NCBI RefSeq assembly: GCF_016433145.1
Contig: NC_058131.1
Coordinates: 48,228,258-48,292,257, forward strand
Length of the DNA stretch: 64,000 nucleotides
DNA from: Gracilinanus agilis
Taxonomy: Eukaryota
Direction: 5' to 3'
Shown here one piece after another: positions 1-11,600 of this stretch; positions within the stretch are counted from its first letter, which is position 1; the number at the start of each line of letters is the position of its first letter. Under the pieces are notes generated by a model. The model made no database searches. It worked only from the letters and a program-made list of their open reading frames with translations, and was not told where the DNA came from. Position numbers and translations under genes: made by a program.

Positions 1-1122
1 CAATATGTATATCTGGTGATGTATCTAGTATTTATAGCATCTTACTTCAATATTTATGTCCAATTTTTTAAATTCTTCTCTCTCAAAAGAACCCATGGAA
101 TGTTAGAGCTCAAAAGAATCTTAAAAATAATTTATTTTAACCCCTTAATTTTTCAAGTGATAAGAACAGGCTCCCTGAGGATTAGGGGCAGGCCCAAACC
201 TGGCTAGAATAATAATTATTTTATTGTATTCAAGCTATTCAAGAATAGCTAGAATGATAATTCTTTAGGATAAAAAGTGAAATGAACTCAACATTTTTAT
301 ATGGATACCTAGATATGATAATTTTTGAATGATTAATAATGAAATATGCTATACAATTCTGGCACTAAAAGTAAATGAGAAACTTTATATCCTTAGAGAA
401 TTCTCTGCTCGAGATTTTGAAAAAGAAAATGGGAAGAGGCCAGAAGGCCAAAAGTTCTGCATACTTCTGGATGAATCAAAGGCTTGCTGACCCACTCCAA
501 TCTTTCTTACTGAGGGAGAACTGGGCAAACAAGAACCTGGAGAATGACTAGGGTTAAATATTAACTTGTGCTTATTTCTACCTAACTGCATCTTGTTTAA
601 TTTGGCTTGAGCATGGGGAGATTCTTTCGTAAGCCTGTGTGTAACGACTAAACAGCAGACAGTATGACCTTTACACACAAGCTAATAAACATTTTAAACT
701 TGGGTGCTTCTTCTTTTCTTCATCCATGAAATGAATAAGTAGTGAGATATATTCTTTTGTTCTGTGTGGAAGGACGAACTGGCAATAACTGCCTTTCAAA
801 CAAAAGTTCCATTTTGTCAGAAAGAAATATAGCTCTCTTTTGCCCAATGAAGTCTGAAAAGGTACAGGAGACTCTTGGGCAGCTGGTAGTTTACTATGAC
901 CTTGACTGAGATTTGCTTCTACTTGTTGAAGCTTAGTAATGTTTATTGAGAAAGAGATAGAGGAAATGCTTTGTTAAAAAACAAAAACCTGAACCCACTT
1001 AAAACTCTGTAGTCATGGCTTTTTCTTTCATCCCTGATCTAGGGGATTTTGTATTTTGAAAAGGAAGTAGAAATAAGAATGTTGTTTGGTCTTGCCCTAG
1101 AGAATCCATATTTGAGTTTCAA

Positions 1123-1137
1123 CTGCCCCCTGCTGGA
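1123..1137 (-). promoter_or_regulatory. Candidate CTCF binding site
   Basis: Minus strand reads TCCAGCAGGGGGCAG, a close match to the CTCF core CCASYAGRKGGCRS; motif only, no binding data. Confidence 0.5.
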
Positions 1138-1794
1138 CATTTTACTCTTTTAGGTTAAGTGAAAAAAAAATTCATGGTATTCCATATTATGCCTGATTTC
1201 ATTGAAATCTAGATGTCTAAATCATAAGGTCAAAGGACAGGAAAAGGCCTCCAAATGCCTATGCTTCTGTTTCCAAGCAAAATCTACAGAAAACTAGATT
1301 AGAAGGGTAAATGTATCTGTATTAGGAAACAATTCATCATTCATTTATTCGTTCAGCAAATAGTGGTTAAGCAGCTACTATGTATTATATATGGCTGTAT
1401 CCTAGGTATAGGCATTGTGGGAATGCTCCTGTATTTAGAATAATGCAGAGCCTGTGAAAGGTGTAGACTTCACCACTCTCCTGAGTAAGCAGATAAGGTA
1501 TTATTGATTCAAGTGTAAATTGAATCAAGTGCTGCAGAAAGAAGTCAGATGGGATATAGGTGAAACTAAAGAATTCAGCCTGCTATAGGGTTAGGAATAC
1601 ATATGCCCAGGCCTAAAATCAGAATATGCATTCCAGAGTTTAGCAAACTTTGTAGCCAGCAACCTTATCTTCTATATTAACATACATGTAATGCCTACAA
1701 TATGTAGCTCTAGGATTTGGTTGAAATGAGGTTCTTAAACTCTAGGACCTACTTGGCTAAAGTAGGCACTATGGAGAGCTTAGAACTTGGTCAG

Positions 1795-2010
1795 GCATCA
1801 AAGATGCCAAGGTCTTCCACTTCATCCTGAGCCATCACTAGTTATCCTGACTTTTTTCTTGACACTGAACTTTGATGACTCTGGAAGAGAGAGTGAAACT
1901 GAAGACTTTGTGAAACTCTGCCTCACTTAAATCCAATTTATGCACAAGTCAAGATATCCCCTAGTGATATAACAGGTCCTCTTTGAAAACAAGGGACAAA
2001 GACAACAATC
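1795..2010 (+). mobile_element. Old marsupial retroposon fragment (second copy about 4870-5130)
   Basis: Both copies share gactcNggaagagagagtga...gactttgtg...gcctcacttaaatccaa...caagtcaagaYatc; exact family not assigned. Confidence 0.7.
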
Positions 2011-2439
2011 TGTAAAATGTAAAAGTTGACCCACAGCCATGGAAGGATATGTTAGGGTATGAATGTAGATCAAACCATACCATTTTTCACCCTATTTCCT
2101 TCATGGGCTTTTTCTTATATGTGCAATATGTCTTTTTTAATGGCAGAAGGACTATAGAAATTTATGTTGCATGAAAAAATTAGAATAATGTACCAAAAGG
2201 GGGGAGGAGAGAGAGGGAGAGAATTTGGATTTTAAAAGGTCAGAAAACAATTGTTAAAAATTGTTTCTGCATCTAATTGGGGGGGGGGGGGGGGAATAGA
2301 GATGAAAATAAATAAATAATGAAAAGGCTAGATGAGATGATCTCTTAGGTCTCTTTCAGGATCTATTTTCCAGGTCAGTTGTTTTTTCGAATGAGATTTT
2401 TCTTTTTTTCTTCTTTCTTTCTTTCTTTCTTTCTTTCTT

Positions 2440-3400
2440 TATTTTTGTTATGTTTTATTGTTTCTTGATGTCTCATGAAGTCATTGGCTTCTATTTGCCC
2501 AATTCTAATTTTTTTGAAGAATGCATTTCTTCCATGACTTTTTGACCCTTCTTTTCCATTTGGTCCATTCTACTTTTCATGAAACTCTTTACTTCATTGG
2601 ATTTTTGTGCCTCTTTTTCCATTTGACTATTTTGCTTAAGCTATTATTTTATTTTTTGCATAGTTTCCTCTCTTCTTCCCATTTTTCTTCCACCTATCTT
2701 ATTTGATTTTTTCATTCCTTTTTGAATTCTTCCAATGCTTGAAACCAATTTGCATTTTTCTCTGAAGTTTTGCATGTGGTTTCTTGGATCTCTCAGACCC
2801 CTATTGGCTCTGTGTTTCATTCTCTGTCTCCACAGAAATTTTCTAGATTTACATGATTTGTTTTGTTTTTTTGTTTTTGCTGTTTCCTTGTTTTCCCAGT
2901 CTTTTTTTGCCTGTGGAATAGGAATTCTGAAAGCTGCTTATTCTGTCTTCTCTACTGCTGGCTTGCAGAGCTCAGCACCATGAATGATTTTGCCCTGGAG
3001 CTAGGTCTTCACCATAGCACAGGCTTAAAAGGGTCAAGCATTATGGACTTCTAGGCTTCACTGCCAGTTGCCAGGACCTGGGATTTTAAGGGGTGGGTTT
3101 GGGGTACTCTATTGTTTGTGTAGCTCAGGTCCCAGGATCCTAAAGTTGACTTTTGCCCAGGTTTGGAATCTGGCACAGTAGGGGAGGTGGTTGGTTGGCC
3201 AGAACTCCTCTGTGTAAAATTTTGTTTCTGGTTAATCCTTATCCTGTAAAAATCAACTCTCTGTCTACCTTTCAAATTGTGTTCAGAGCCCCTTCATTCT
3301 ATCTTGCTGTTGGTTTTTGACTCCCGTTGTTTTGAGTCATTTTTTAAGGATTGGTTCAGAAGGATTGTCAGAGCAGTTTCACCTTTCCCTGATACTAAGC
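2440..3400 (-). mobile_element. L1 5'/ORF1-region remnant
   Basis: T-rich antisense L1-like sequence with (TTTC)n at about 2402-2440. Confidence 0.6.
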
Positions 3401-3539
3401 CACCATCTTGGCTCTGCCTCTCTTTAGGTCTCTTCCAGCACTAAAATCTATGATCTTGTTAATTATCCTGATAAAGTTTAGGTCAACACTGATATTACTT
3501 TTGACATCCACTAGAGGACAAACTTTGAGGCTAAATTTT

Positions 3540-3765
3540 CGTTGTTCTTCAGTTCTGTCAGTGACCCTATCTGAGGTTTTCTTGACAAAGATACTAGAGT
3601 AGTTTAACCATTTTCTTCTCTAGCTCATTTTACAGATTATAAAACGGAGACAAACAAGGTTAAGGGTGTTACCCAGGGTCAGTCTTAGGCCAAATTTGAA
3701 CTCAGGTCTTCCTGACTCCTTTCCCAGCACTCTATCCACCTTGCCACCTAGTTGTATCTTGAGAC
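3540..3765 (-). mobile_element. Mar1-like CORE-SINE
   Basis: ggttttcttgacaaagatactagagtagttt...ccattttcttctctagctcattttacag... plus antisense tRNA head; a similar partial copy lies at about 53295-53410. Confidence 0.7.
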
Positions 3766-4284
3766 CAACTAGGACACTGAAATTCCGAATTAGTCCTTCC
3801 AAGATATGGGAAATGCTAAAGATATGAGGTGTATACAGATAGAAGAAATACATGTGAAATGGGAGGAAGTAGAGGTAGGAGGATTATAGCAAACTTAAAC
3901 TACCCAGGGTGCTATGTAGCAAACACAAGCCTGTCTGATTAGTACTGTTCTTCATTTCTCAAGTGTCTGGAGCCTTGATGAAGAGGATATTTTAGCATAT
4001 GGAAGAAAGGGAAAGAGTGATAGATGTGAATAAAATGAAGTAAAAGTGGGGGATGAGGGGGTAATGATGGGAAAGAAAAGGGGGGGTAGGAAGAGGGGGG
4101 GAAAAGTATTATCAGAGTGTCATATAAATGACCAATCAATGAGTTTTTCAGTTAACCCTGATATATCTTATTTGTACATAGTTTGCATGTCAATTCTCCC
4201 CACCGGCTTGTGAGCCCTTTGAGGGCTGTTTTTTCCTTTTTTTTTTTTTTTTTTGCATCCCCAACACTCAGTATCAGCCTAGAT

Positions 4285-4509
4285 CAGGGGTTGGCAACCT
4301 TTTTGGCCGTGAGAGCCATAAATGCCACATTTTTTAAAATGTAATTTTGTGAGAGCCATACAGTGCTCACAGTGCACGCTCCTGTAACAGTGCATGCTCC
4401 TGTAACAGCGCCTGAAAAAAAATTGACCTTATGGCTCCTACAGAAAGAGCCATATATGGCCCTCAAAAGAGCCAGATATGGCTCAAGAGCCATACATTGC
4501 CAACCCCTG
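4285..4509 (+). mobile_element. Non-autonomous hAT DNA transposon (MITE), family A copy 1
   Basis: 13-bp perfect TIRs CAGGGGTTGGCAA; 8-bp TSD GCCTAGAT/GCCTAAAT; internal 18-bp tandem duplication 4370-4405. Confidence 0.9.
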
Positions 4510-7500
4510 GCCTAAATGGTTGAAGGAGATTTGAAAGGTTCTGAGTTCATCAGACACTCCTTGGAAAAACAACTATTATATCAAGGGGTATATGAGGTGA
4601 TCATGAAGGACTAGAACTTCTAGGGTGGTGTGATAACTTGCTGAGTTCTTTTCATAGCTGCTTACCCCTCTTTGGTGTCTATCTTTTGCCTAACTCTAAC
4701 CTATGACTCCAAGCATGCACAACAACCACATCTCTATAAATCTCAGCAGATGGGCTAAATCAGATTTAGGGGAACTGATGGAGCACAAACCTTTGATGAG
4801 TTTGGGGCATGTCTCCCCCAAGAAGGTAAAAGTTTCCCCCAGTGGGAGAATGAGAAAATTTTATTCTGATGGCCATTAAGGTGGCTAAAGCAGTTGTTGT
4901 GGAACACTTGGAGTTTTGGTCAGACATCCAAGATACCAAGGTTATCCACTTGATTCTGGGATATTGCCAGCCATCTCAACTTTTGTCCTGCCACTGGACT
5001 TGGATGACTCAGGAAGAGAGAGTGAGGCTGCTGACTTTGTGCAACCTTGCCTCACTTAAATCCAACTCACAGGCAAGTCAAGACATCACTCAGTGTAATG
5101 TCATTAGTCTTTGAAAATGAAGGGTGAACAATTAACTGCCAAGAGAAGAAAAGTGGTTTAGGAAACAACACAAGAATAAAAATCAAACAAAATACAAAAA
5201 CAAAGCATTGCTGCAACTGGATAAATTCTAAAACATTAACTGAAATAGCTAAGGCAACAGAAGTAACATGGGTAGAAAAAGAAATACTTGAAAGACAAAG
5301 TGAAAAATATCCTGTTAGTAAATAATGTATTTAAGGAAATTAGAATTTAAATTGTTTAAATAAAATAAAATAAAATTTTAATTTAACTTAAAATTTAAAA
5401 AGTGAAATAATAAATATTTGTTAGAAAATCAAAAGACAAAAATAGAGTATAAAGAAATTTTAAAATCTCCAGTGCCTGTGGCTTCTGCAAAACTCCCAAA
5501 AAATTCCCACTTAATTTCTTATGTTGATTCTGGATATGTCAAGACTGTTATGGAGAAAGTTGAAATGTGTAAGGGATACCTGCATTTTGTATTTGATACT
5601 AGAGGCAATTAGGAGATACTGGAGTTTATTGAATAGGGAAGTGACATGATTGGATTTGGGCTTTGGAAGGCTTATCTTGGAGGAATTAAGGCAGGTGGAC
5701 AATTAAAGAGTCTGTAAGAAGTGATGAAAGCCTACACTAAGAAGGTGTGAGTAGAAGGGATGGATGTGAGAAAAGTTGTGGAGAAATAGACTGACTTGGC
5801 AACTCCTTGTATATGTCGGTTGAGGGAAGAGTGAGAAATCAAGAACAGAGAGAGGATAGTGAGTAATCATTGCTACCCAAAATAATTTTCCTTAAAGGTA
5901 GATCTGACTCTCATTTTCTAGTCAACAAAAGTCCAGTGACTCTTTATTGCCTCTAGAATTCAATATAAATTTCTCTGTTTAAAGTTTTTAAACCTTTCAA
6001 AATGTGGCAAGAGGCAAGGCTCAAACTTCTGAATGGCCAACCATGATCTCTGGAGCTATAAAACAGGAAAGGTCTACCTCTCCTCGAATTTGCAGACTAC
6101 TCAGAGTTAATTTCTCCAGGAAGATCATTCTATCCTAGGGTGACCTGAGATTTTTGTCTTCCTTCTAAATTGAGTTCATTTACCATTGTGTATTTTACTG
6201 ACCTCTAAATCTGTATAATTTCTCTAAAACAAAAGTAGTTTTGTGTGGCCACAAAAGAAAGTCATCTTTGGTGGGAGGTCACTAAATTGTTTGACAGTGA
6301 GCTCTTTCTCTCTTCTTTAAAGCAGTCAGGCAAAGTAGCTTTAATTTTGATCCCCTGAAAGAGCATAGTAGAGACAGCTAGGTATCACAGTGGATAGAGC
6401 ACCATGCCTGGAGTTGGGAGGGCTTGGGTTCAAATGTGGACACTTCTAGCTGTGTGATGCTGGGAAAGTCACTTAACCCCATTTGTCTAGCCCTTGCCCA
6501 TTTATCTTAGAGTTGTTACCAAGACAGAAAGTAAGGGTTTAAAAAAAAAAAAAAAAAAAAAAAAAGCATGGTCCTCCAGACTACAAATATTTGGTAGATA
6601 AAAATCCAATCCATTGGAAACAGTGAAGGAGTGAGCATTCATCCCTGATCTTCTGCTTGCTTCCCCAAAGAGTAGAAATCTGTCTCCTTTCAAGATAGGG
6701 TGGGCCAGATCTCAGTCCTGATGTTTAACCAAACTATATGGAAGCCAAGCAATCTATATTAGATCCATCCATATTATACTCAAATACAACATTCTATTTC
6801 CTGTGTGCCTCCAGTGTACTCTCTCCTCATTTCTACCTCATAGAATTCTTTTCTTCTTTTAAGATGCAATTCAAATACTATCTTTCATATAAAGCCTTTC
6901 CTGAACACCTCCACACACACAACTCCCTCTCAAAACAACATAAATTACGTTGTATTTATAATCTTTAATTATTTGATTTAAATTTACTCAAACACTTCTT
7001 GTCTCCCCACCTCCCAAGTTAGAACGTAAGCTCCTTGAGAAATGTTATTACATTCTTTGCTAGCAGTGTCTGAAACACAGTGGGTATTTAATAAGTACTT
7101 GCCGATTGATGGATGTATACAATATACCTTGGTATATTGTATACTTCAGAAAATCCATGATTTCACTGCATTGGGATATAGGTCAGCTACTATCTGAGAA
7201 TGAACTTGAACCCAGACCTTCCAGGTCCAGCATTCTGTCCCCTAACTACTCATTAAAGAAGAATCATTAACATCTACACCCTAAGGACCATGGGACTCTT
7301 CCATTTGACTTGCAGCTGAAACCCATTTTATGTGTTGGGTCCTCCTTTATAATGTGAATCCCTTGAAAGCAGGGAGTCTTACTTTTCTACTGGAATCCTG
7401 AGTGCCAATTACTGGATGTTTTGTACATAGTAAGCACTTAATAAGTGCATTCCTCCCTCGAAAGAACACCCATTATAAATCCGTTTATTATGTAAGGGCT

Positions 7501-7575
7501 AGCCCTAATTCCTTCTTAAGTTTGTTTTTTGGGGTGGGTGCTTCTGTACTGCCCGGGGATATACGTTATGGCTTC

Positions 7576-7610
7576 AAAAAAAAAAAAAAAAACCCCCCCC
7601 CCCCCCCCCC
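7576..7610. repeat. A17 followed by C18 homopolymers upstream of TERF2
   Basis: Direct reading of the sequence. Confidence 0.9.
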
Positions 7611-7839
7611 GCAAGGGCCAGCATGGTGGGGCAGAGCCCTGCCCCTGGGCAAAGTCAAGGGCTTCAGGGATGGGCAGAAATTGGAGGTCCTACGGACACA
7701 ACACCCTTCCTCCCTTCACAGGGGTTGAAATGGAGGCCTTCGGGGAAACAGCAGGTCCGATATTGGGGCCAGAACCTCCCCAGCCAGTTCTCAGGCTCCT
7801 ACACGGGGCATGGCACGTTGGCCAGCTCAACCTTCCCCT

Positions 7840-8600
7840 CGAGTGCGTGTTCGGAAGGAGCGATAGGCCTCAAGAGGCTAGAGGACGAACAGGACTTCGA
7901 GTCCCAGCAAGCTCTGCGGCTCAGGCCGCCTGGAATTGTGACGAAGGCCAGAGGAGCACCCTAGGACTCGTAGTTCTCTCTCCCCTAGCCCACCGCTAGT
8001 GGATTTGCGGGACTTCCCTTGGTCCCGCGGCGGAGGCGGGCCCCGAGGGCGCCACTTCCGACACCCGGGGCGGGCGTTTTTGACGTCACTGCCGGCGGAG
8101 CGGCTTTCCGTCTGGCGGGCGGCGCGCGGGCGCAAGGCCTGGCTGGGCTAGTTCGCGTTTGCTCTCGTCGTCTTGCCTCGCCGCGATGCCTGGGGGGAAC
8201 AGCGGGAGTCACGATGGGCACGGGCAAGGGCGGGCCGCGAGCCGCAGGCCGTCACGGAAGATGGGGCGGCCCCGGCGCGGGCGCCACGAGACAGGCCTGG
8301 GGGGAGACGGAGAGCGGGGGTTGGGCGAGGCACGGCTGGAGGAGGCGGTGAACCGATGGGTGCTGAAGTTCTACTTCCACGAGGCGCTGCGGGCCTTTCG
8401 GGGCGGCCGGTACGGGGACTTCAGACAGATCCGGGACATCATGCAGGGTGAGGATGGTGGGGCGCGCACCTGGTTGGGGGGCACGCAGCAAGCTGGGGGC
8501 GGGGTGCAGTAGGAGCGGATAACCCCCCTCAGCATCTTGGGGAGTGTAGCATCGGGGAAGAGGGCGCAGCAGGTGTGGGTAACCTCGCGCAGAATCCTGG
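7840..8600 (+). promoter_or_regulatory. TERF2 CpG-island promoter / 5' region
   Basis: Very high GC and CpG density against a CpG-poor background. ETS CACTTCCG 8053-8060, GC box GGGGCGGG 8067-8074 and palindromic CRE TGACGTCA 8081-8088, about 100-130 nt upstream of the ATG. Confidence 0.85.
8186..8447 (+). CDS. TERF2: TERF2 coding exon 1 (basic domain + start of TRFH)
   Basis: ATG 8186 [25 protein letters not shown]...FRQIRDIMQ; donor G|GTGAGG at 8448. Confidence 0.93.
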
Positions 8601-11600
8601 GGGTGCCCAGCATTGGGGGAGGGGTCGCGGGAGCTATGGATTACCCTGCGCTGCATCCTGGGTGGATGAGAGGCGCATCATCCAGGGAGGGGGCGCAGCA
8701 GATGTGAATAACCCCGTGCATCATCCTAGGGTGAATGGGAAGTGCACCAGATGGGGTTAACCCCTCACAGCATCCCAAGGTGGTTGGAAGGGGGATAAGT
8801 GCAGGGAGAGGTCTGGCACTTGTGGATAACCTCTCACAACATCCTTGACTGGATGGGGGCGGGGGAGAGGAGACGCAGCAGCAAGTGTGGACAGCTCCAC
8901 ACAGCATCTTGGCTGGGAGAGATGCAGCAGGTGTGGATAACCTCGTACAGCATCCCAGGAAGGGGAGGGAGGGAGGGCCAGTAGCAGCCGGAGGAATAGA
9001 TAGTCCCACTTGGCATTGGGGACGGGGAAGGGCTGTAGCAGGTGTGGACAGCCCCAGGGTGGGGGGGTGGGGGGTGGGGGAAGGACACATTAGAGGCCAT
9101 CCCTAGGCACCCCGTTAGTTCAGCTCGGTCTTGTTTTCCAGCTCTGCTTGTTCGGCCCTTGGGGAAGGAGCACACCATCTCCAGGCTGCTGCGGATTATG
9201 CAGTGTCTATCTCGTATAGAAGAGGGGGAGAATTTGGGTATGGAGAGCTACTTACTTCTTGGGCTGTTTGTCTTTTCTGTGGAGTAATTTATAGAGCTCT
9301 TTTAATTTCAGTCATGAGTTAAGTCATCTCAGAGTACCATAGATGCCAAAATACAGTAAGGGGAGTGTTTTATATATCTGCCTCTCCTATGATCCTAGAT
9401 TTTGGATTATTATTTTTTTAATTAGATTTTAATCCCCTTCTCTGATCTGTTTCTTGAATGCCCTGTCCTGGATTGGTGATGGTGATAAAGATAAATCCAG
9501 TTTGGGTTTCTTAAATTTTTATTTTATTTTCAGACTCACATCTGCCCCCCTCCACCTGAGAAAGCAAGAAGTTCAAAACCCCCATAACTTGGTTATGTAT
9601 TGCCTTCAAAACAAATTTATACTGGTTGCCATGTCCAAAAAAAATAAAACTGTCTCAATCTATATTCTTATCACCTCTTGTGTGGGTAGTAACAATGGAA
9701 ATTAAAGTAAACTGAGGCATGTTTGGAGTACCATCAATTTATTGACAAAGTGGAATATACCAGAAAATAGGGTCTGCCCTCCACAGATAAGTTAAAACCT
9801 CGATTGAGAGGGACAGCCTTCTTTTATAGAAAGAACAAGGAGCTTCCAAAAAAAACAACAAACAAATAGAAGGTAGCAAAAACAGCAATTGGTTACAAAG
9901 TCTGCAGTATAATAGGTGGTTTAAACAATTTGATTGGTTGGACATTTGGGTGTAGCAACAACCCCTCCTTCCATCCAGCATTCAGGAAAGGTTGATCAGT
10001 AGAGTCTATCTACTTGTTAGTAGAACAGAAATAATAGACTTCTCTGATATAGAATGATTCACAGGAAAATTAAACTTCTGAACCTAAGAGATTACACATT
10101 TCCAGTAATTGTCTGAAGACATCCACCAGTGTAGTGATAACAGGTTTTCTTCAATTAAATGTGATTTATAGGGAAACTACTCTTAAACATAACAAGCAGT
10201 GTCTTTTAATTAAGATGTTTCAATGGGGAAACTAAACATTTAAAGTTGGAGAGGAAGACAAACTTTCTAACCTTTAAGGTTCTGACCTGAACTTTATATC
10301 ATTGATACTGAAGATAATGTTGATATAGAAGCAAATCAATTGTAGAATAAAATCAATCAGTGAAAATCAGTTTGATTTTCTTAGTAGCATGTTTCCTTTT
10401 GAGACCTTTGGAATCATGGTTGGTTATTGTGTTGGTCATAGTTCCTAAATCTTTCAAAGTTGAACAGACCAAGTTTTAAGTGTGATCTTAGTTTGATGTT
10501 TTTGAGCAGTAGAAAGTGTGTTCTCAAATGAAATTCAGAATAGCTTAGCAAACTGCCTCTGGCCTCTACCTTGAGGCTGGGTAGAGGTGTATACCTTTGT
10601 GTTAAGAAAATCAATATGGATTCTGGGATTAACTGGAATCTCTGAGACATGTTTTTGATATTTCTTTAGTATTAATGGACTGTTACTTCATACTATGGCT
10701 ATATTTTCCAGACAATATGATATTTCTTCTCCTTCCAACAAATTGCTGATTTCCACATTTGTTTCTCAGTTTGTTTTGTACTGGTTTTTGCATAAGCCAT
10801 CAATATAACCAGTAAATATGATTCCTTTTAGAATTTTCTTTCTGCCCTAGTTTTCACATCCATAGAAAATAGCTGTAAGTGAAAAATCTTTCTCTTTATC
10901 CTAGACTGTTCCTTTGATATGGAGGCTGAACTCACACCTCTGGAATCAGCTATCAATGTGCTGGAGACCATTAAAACGGAGTTTACTCTCACAGAGGCAG
11001 TGGTAGAATCCAGTAGAAAACTGGTCAAGGAGGCTGTAAGGATCAATTTCTCCTTTCATTTCTTCTTTTTTATTTATTTTTTTTTTTTGCAAATGTTTTG
11101 AGATTTCATAGAATAGGTGTATTCAGTCTTTTAGAATGGGGCGGAATAGGCTTGGGTTATTGTTGGTGTGAAAATAATATGCAGCTTTCCTTTCACCCTC
11201 CTACTCCAGTAGTCACAGGCAGCCCCTTCTCTGCCACCTCCCCTTTTGGAGACTTGCTTGTCACTGACATGGAGAGGCCCTTGATGTGCTGAAGGTGGTT
11301 GGATTATGGAGATGCTGCCACTATAGAGGATAAATAGAGTCTAGCCTCCTCAGATGAGGAGCTTGTAGGAAGGAGATAACTTTCTTTTATAGGAGGAAGC
11401 TGCTCACTTCAGGGCACAGAATGTTGAGGGGGAAAGCTGGAAAAAAAGGATCTCTGGGACTTGATGTGATTTCCTCAGTGAAAAGAGCTCTCTCCACCAC
11501 TATCGGTTGGTAGCTAGTTGTATAGCTATATAATAATTTTGGGCCTGCTTCCCAGTTAAATGATCTACTCAAGACCATCTAGCCCTTTTTTGTATTAGAA

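Noticed and set aside
8821-8940. TGTGGATAA (bacterial DnaA box) at 8821 and 8932
   Set aside because: Part of the minisatellite core in a eukaryotic intron; no bacterial context, so coincidental.
8505-9060. CRISPR-array interpretation of the repeat-spacer structure
   Set aside because: Marsupial intron; repeats are degenerate, spacers are low-complexity G-rich and of irregular length; no cas genes or leader.
7402-9178. Many long overlapping ORFs on both strands near TERF2 exon 1
   Set aside because: Stop-codon scarcity in GC-rich CpG-island and minisatellite DNA; no recognisable domains apart from the TERF2 frame.
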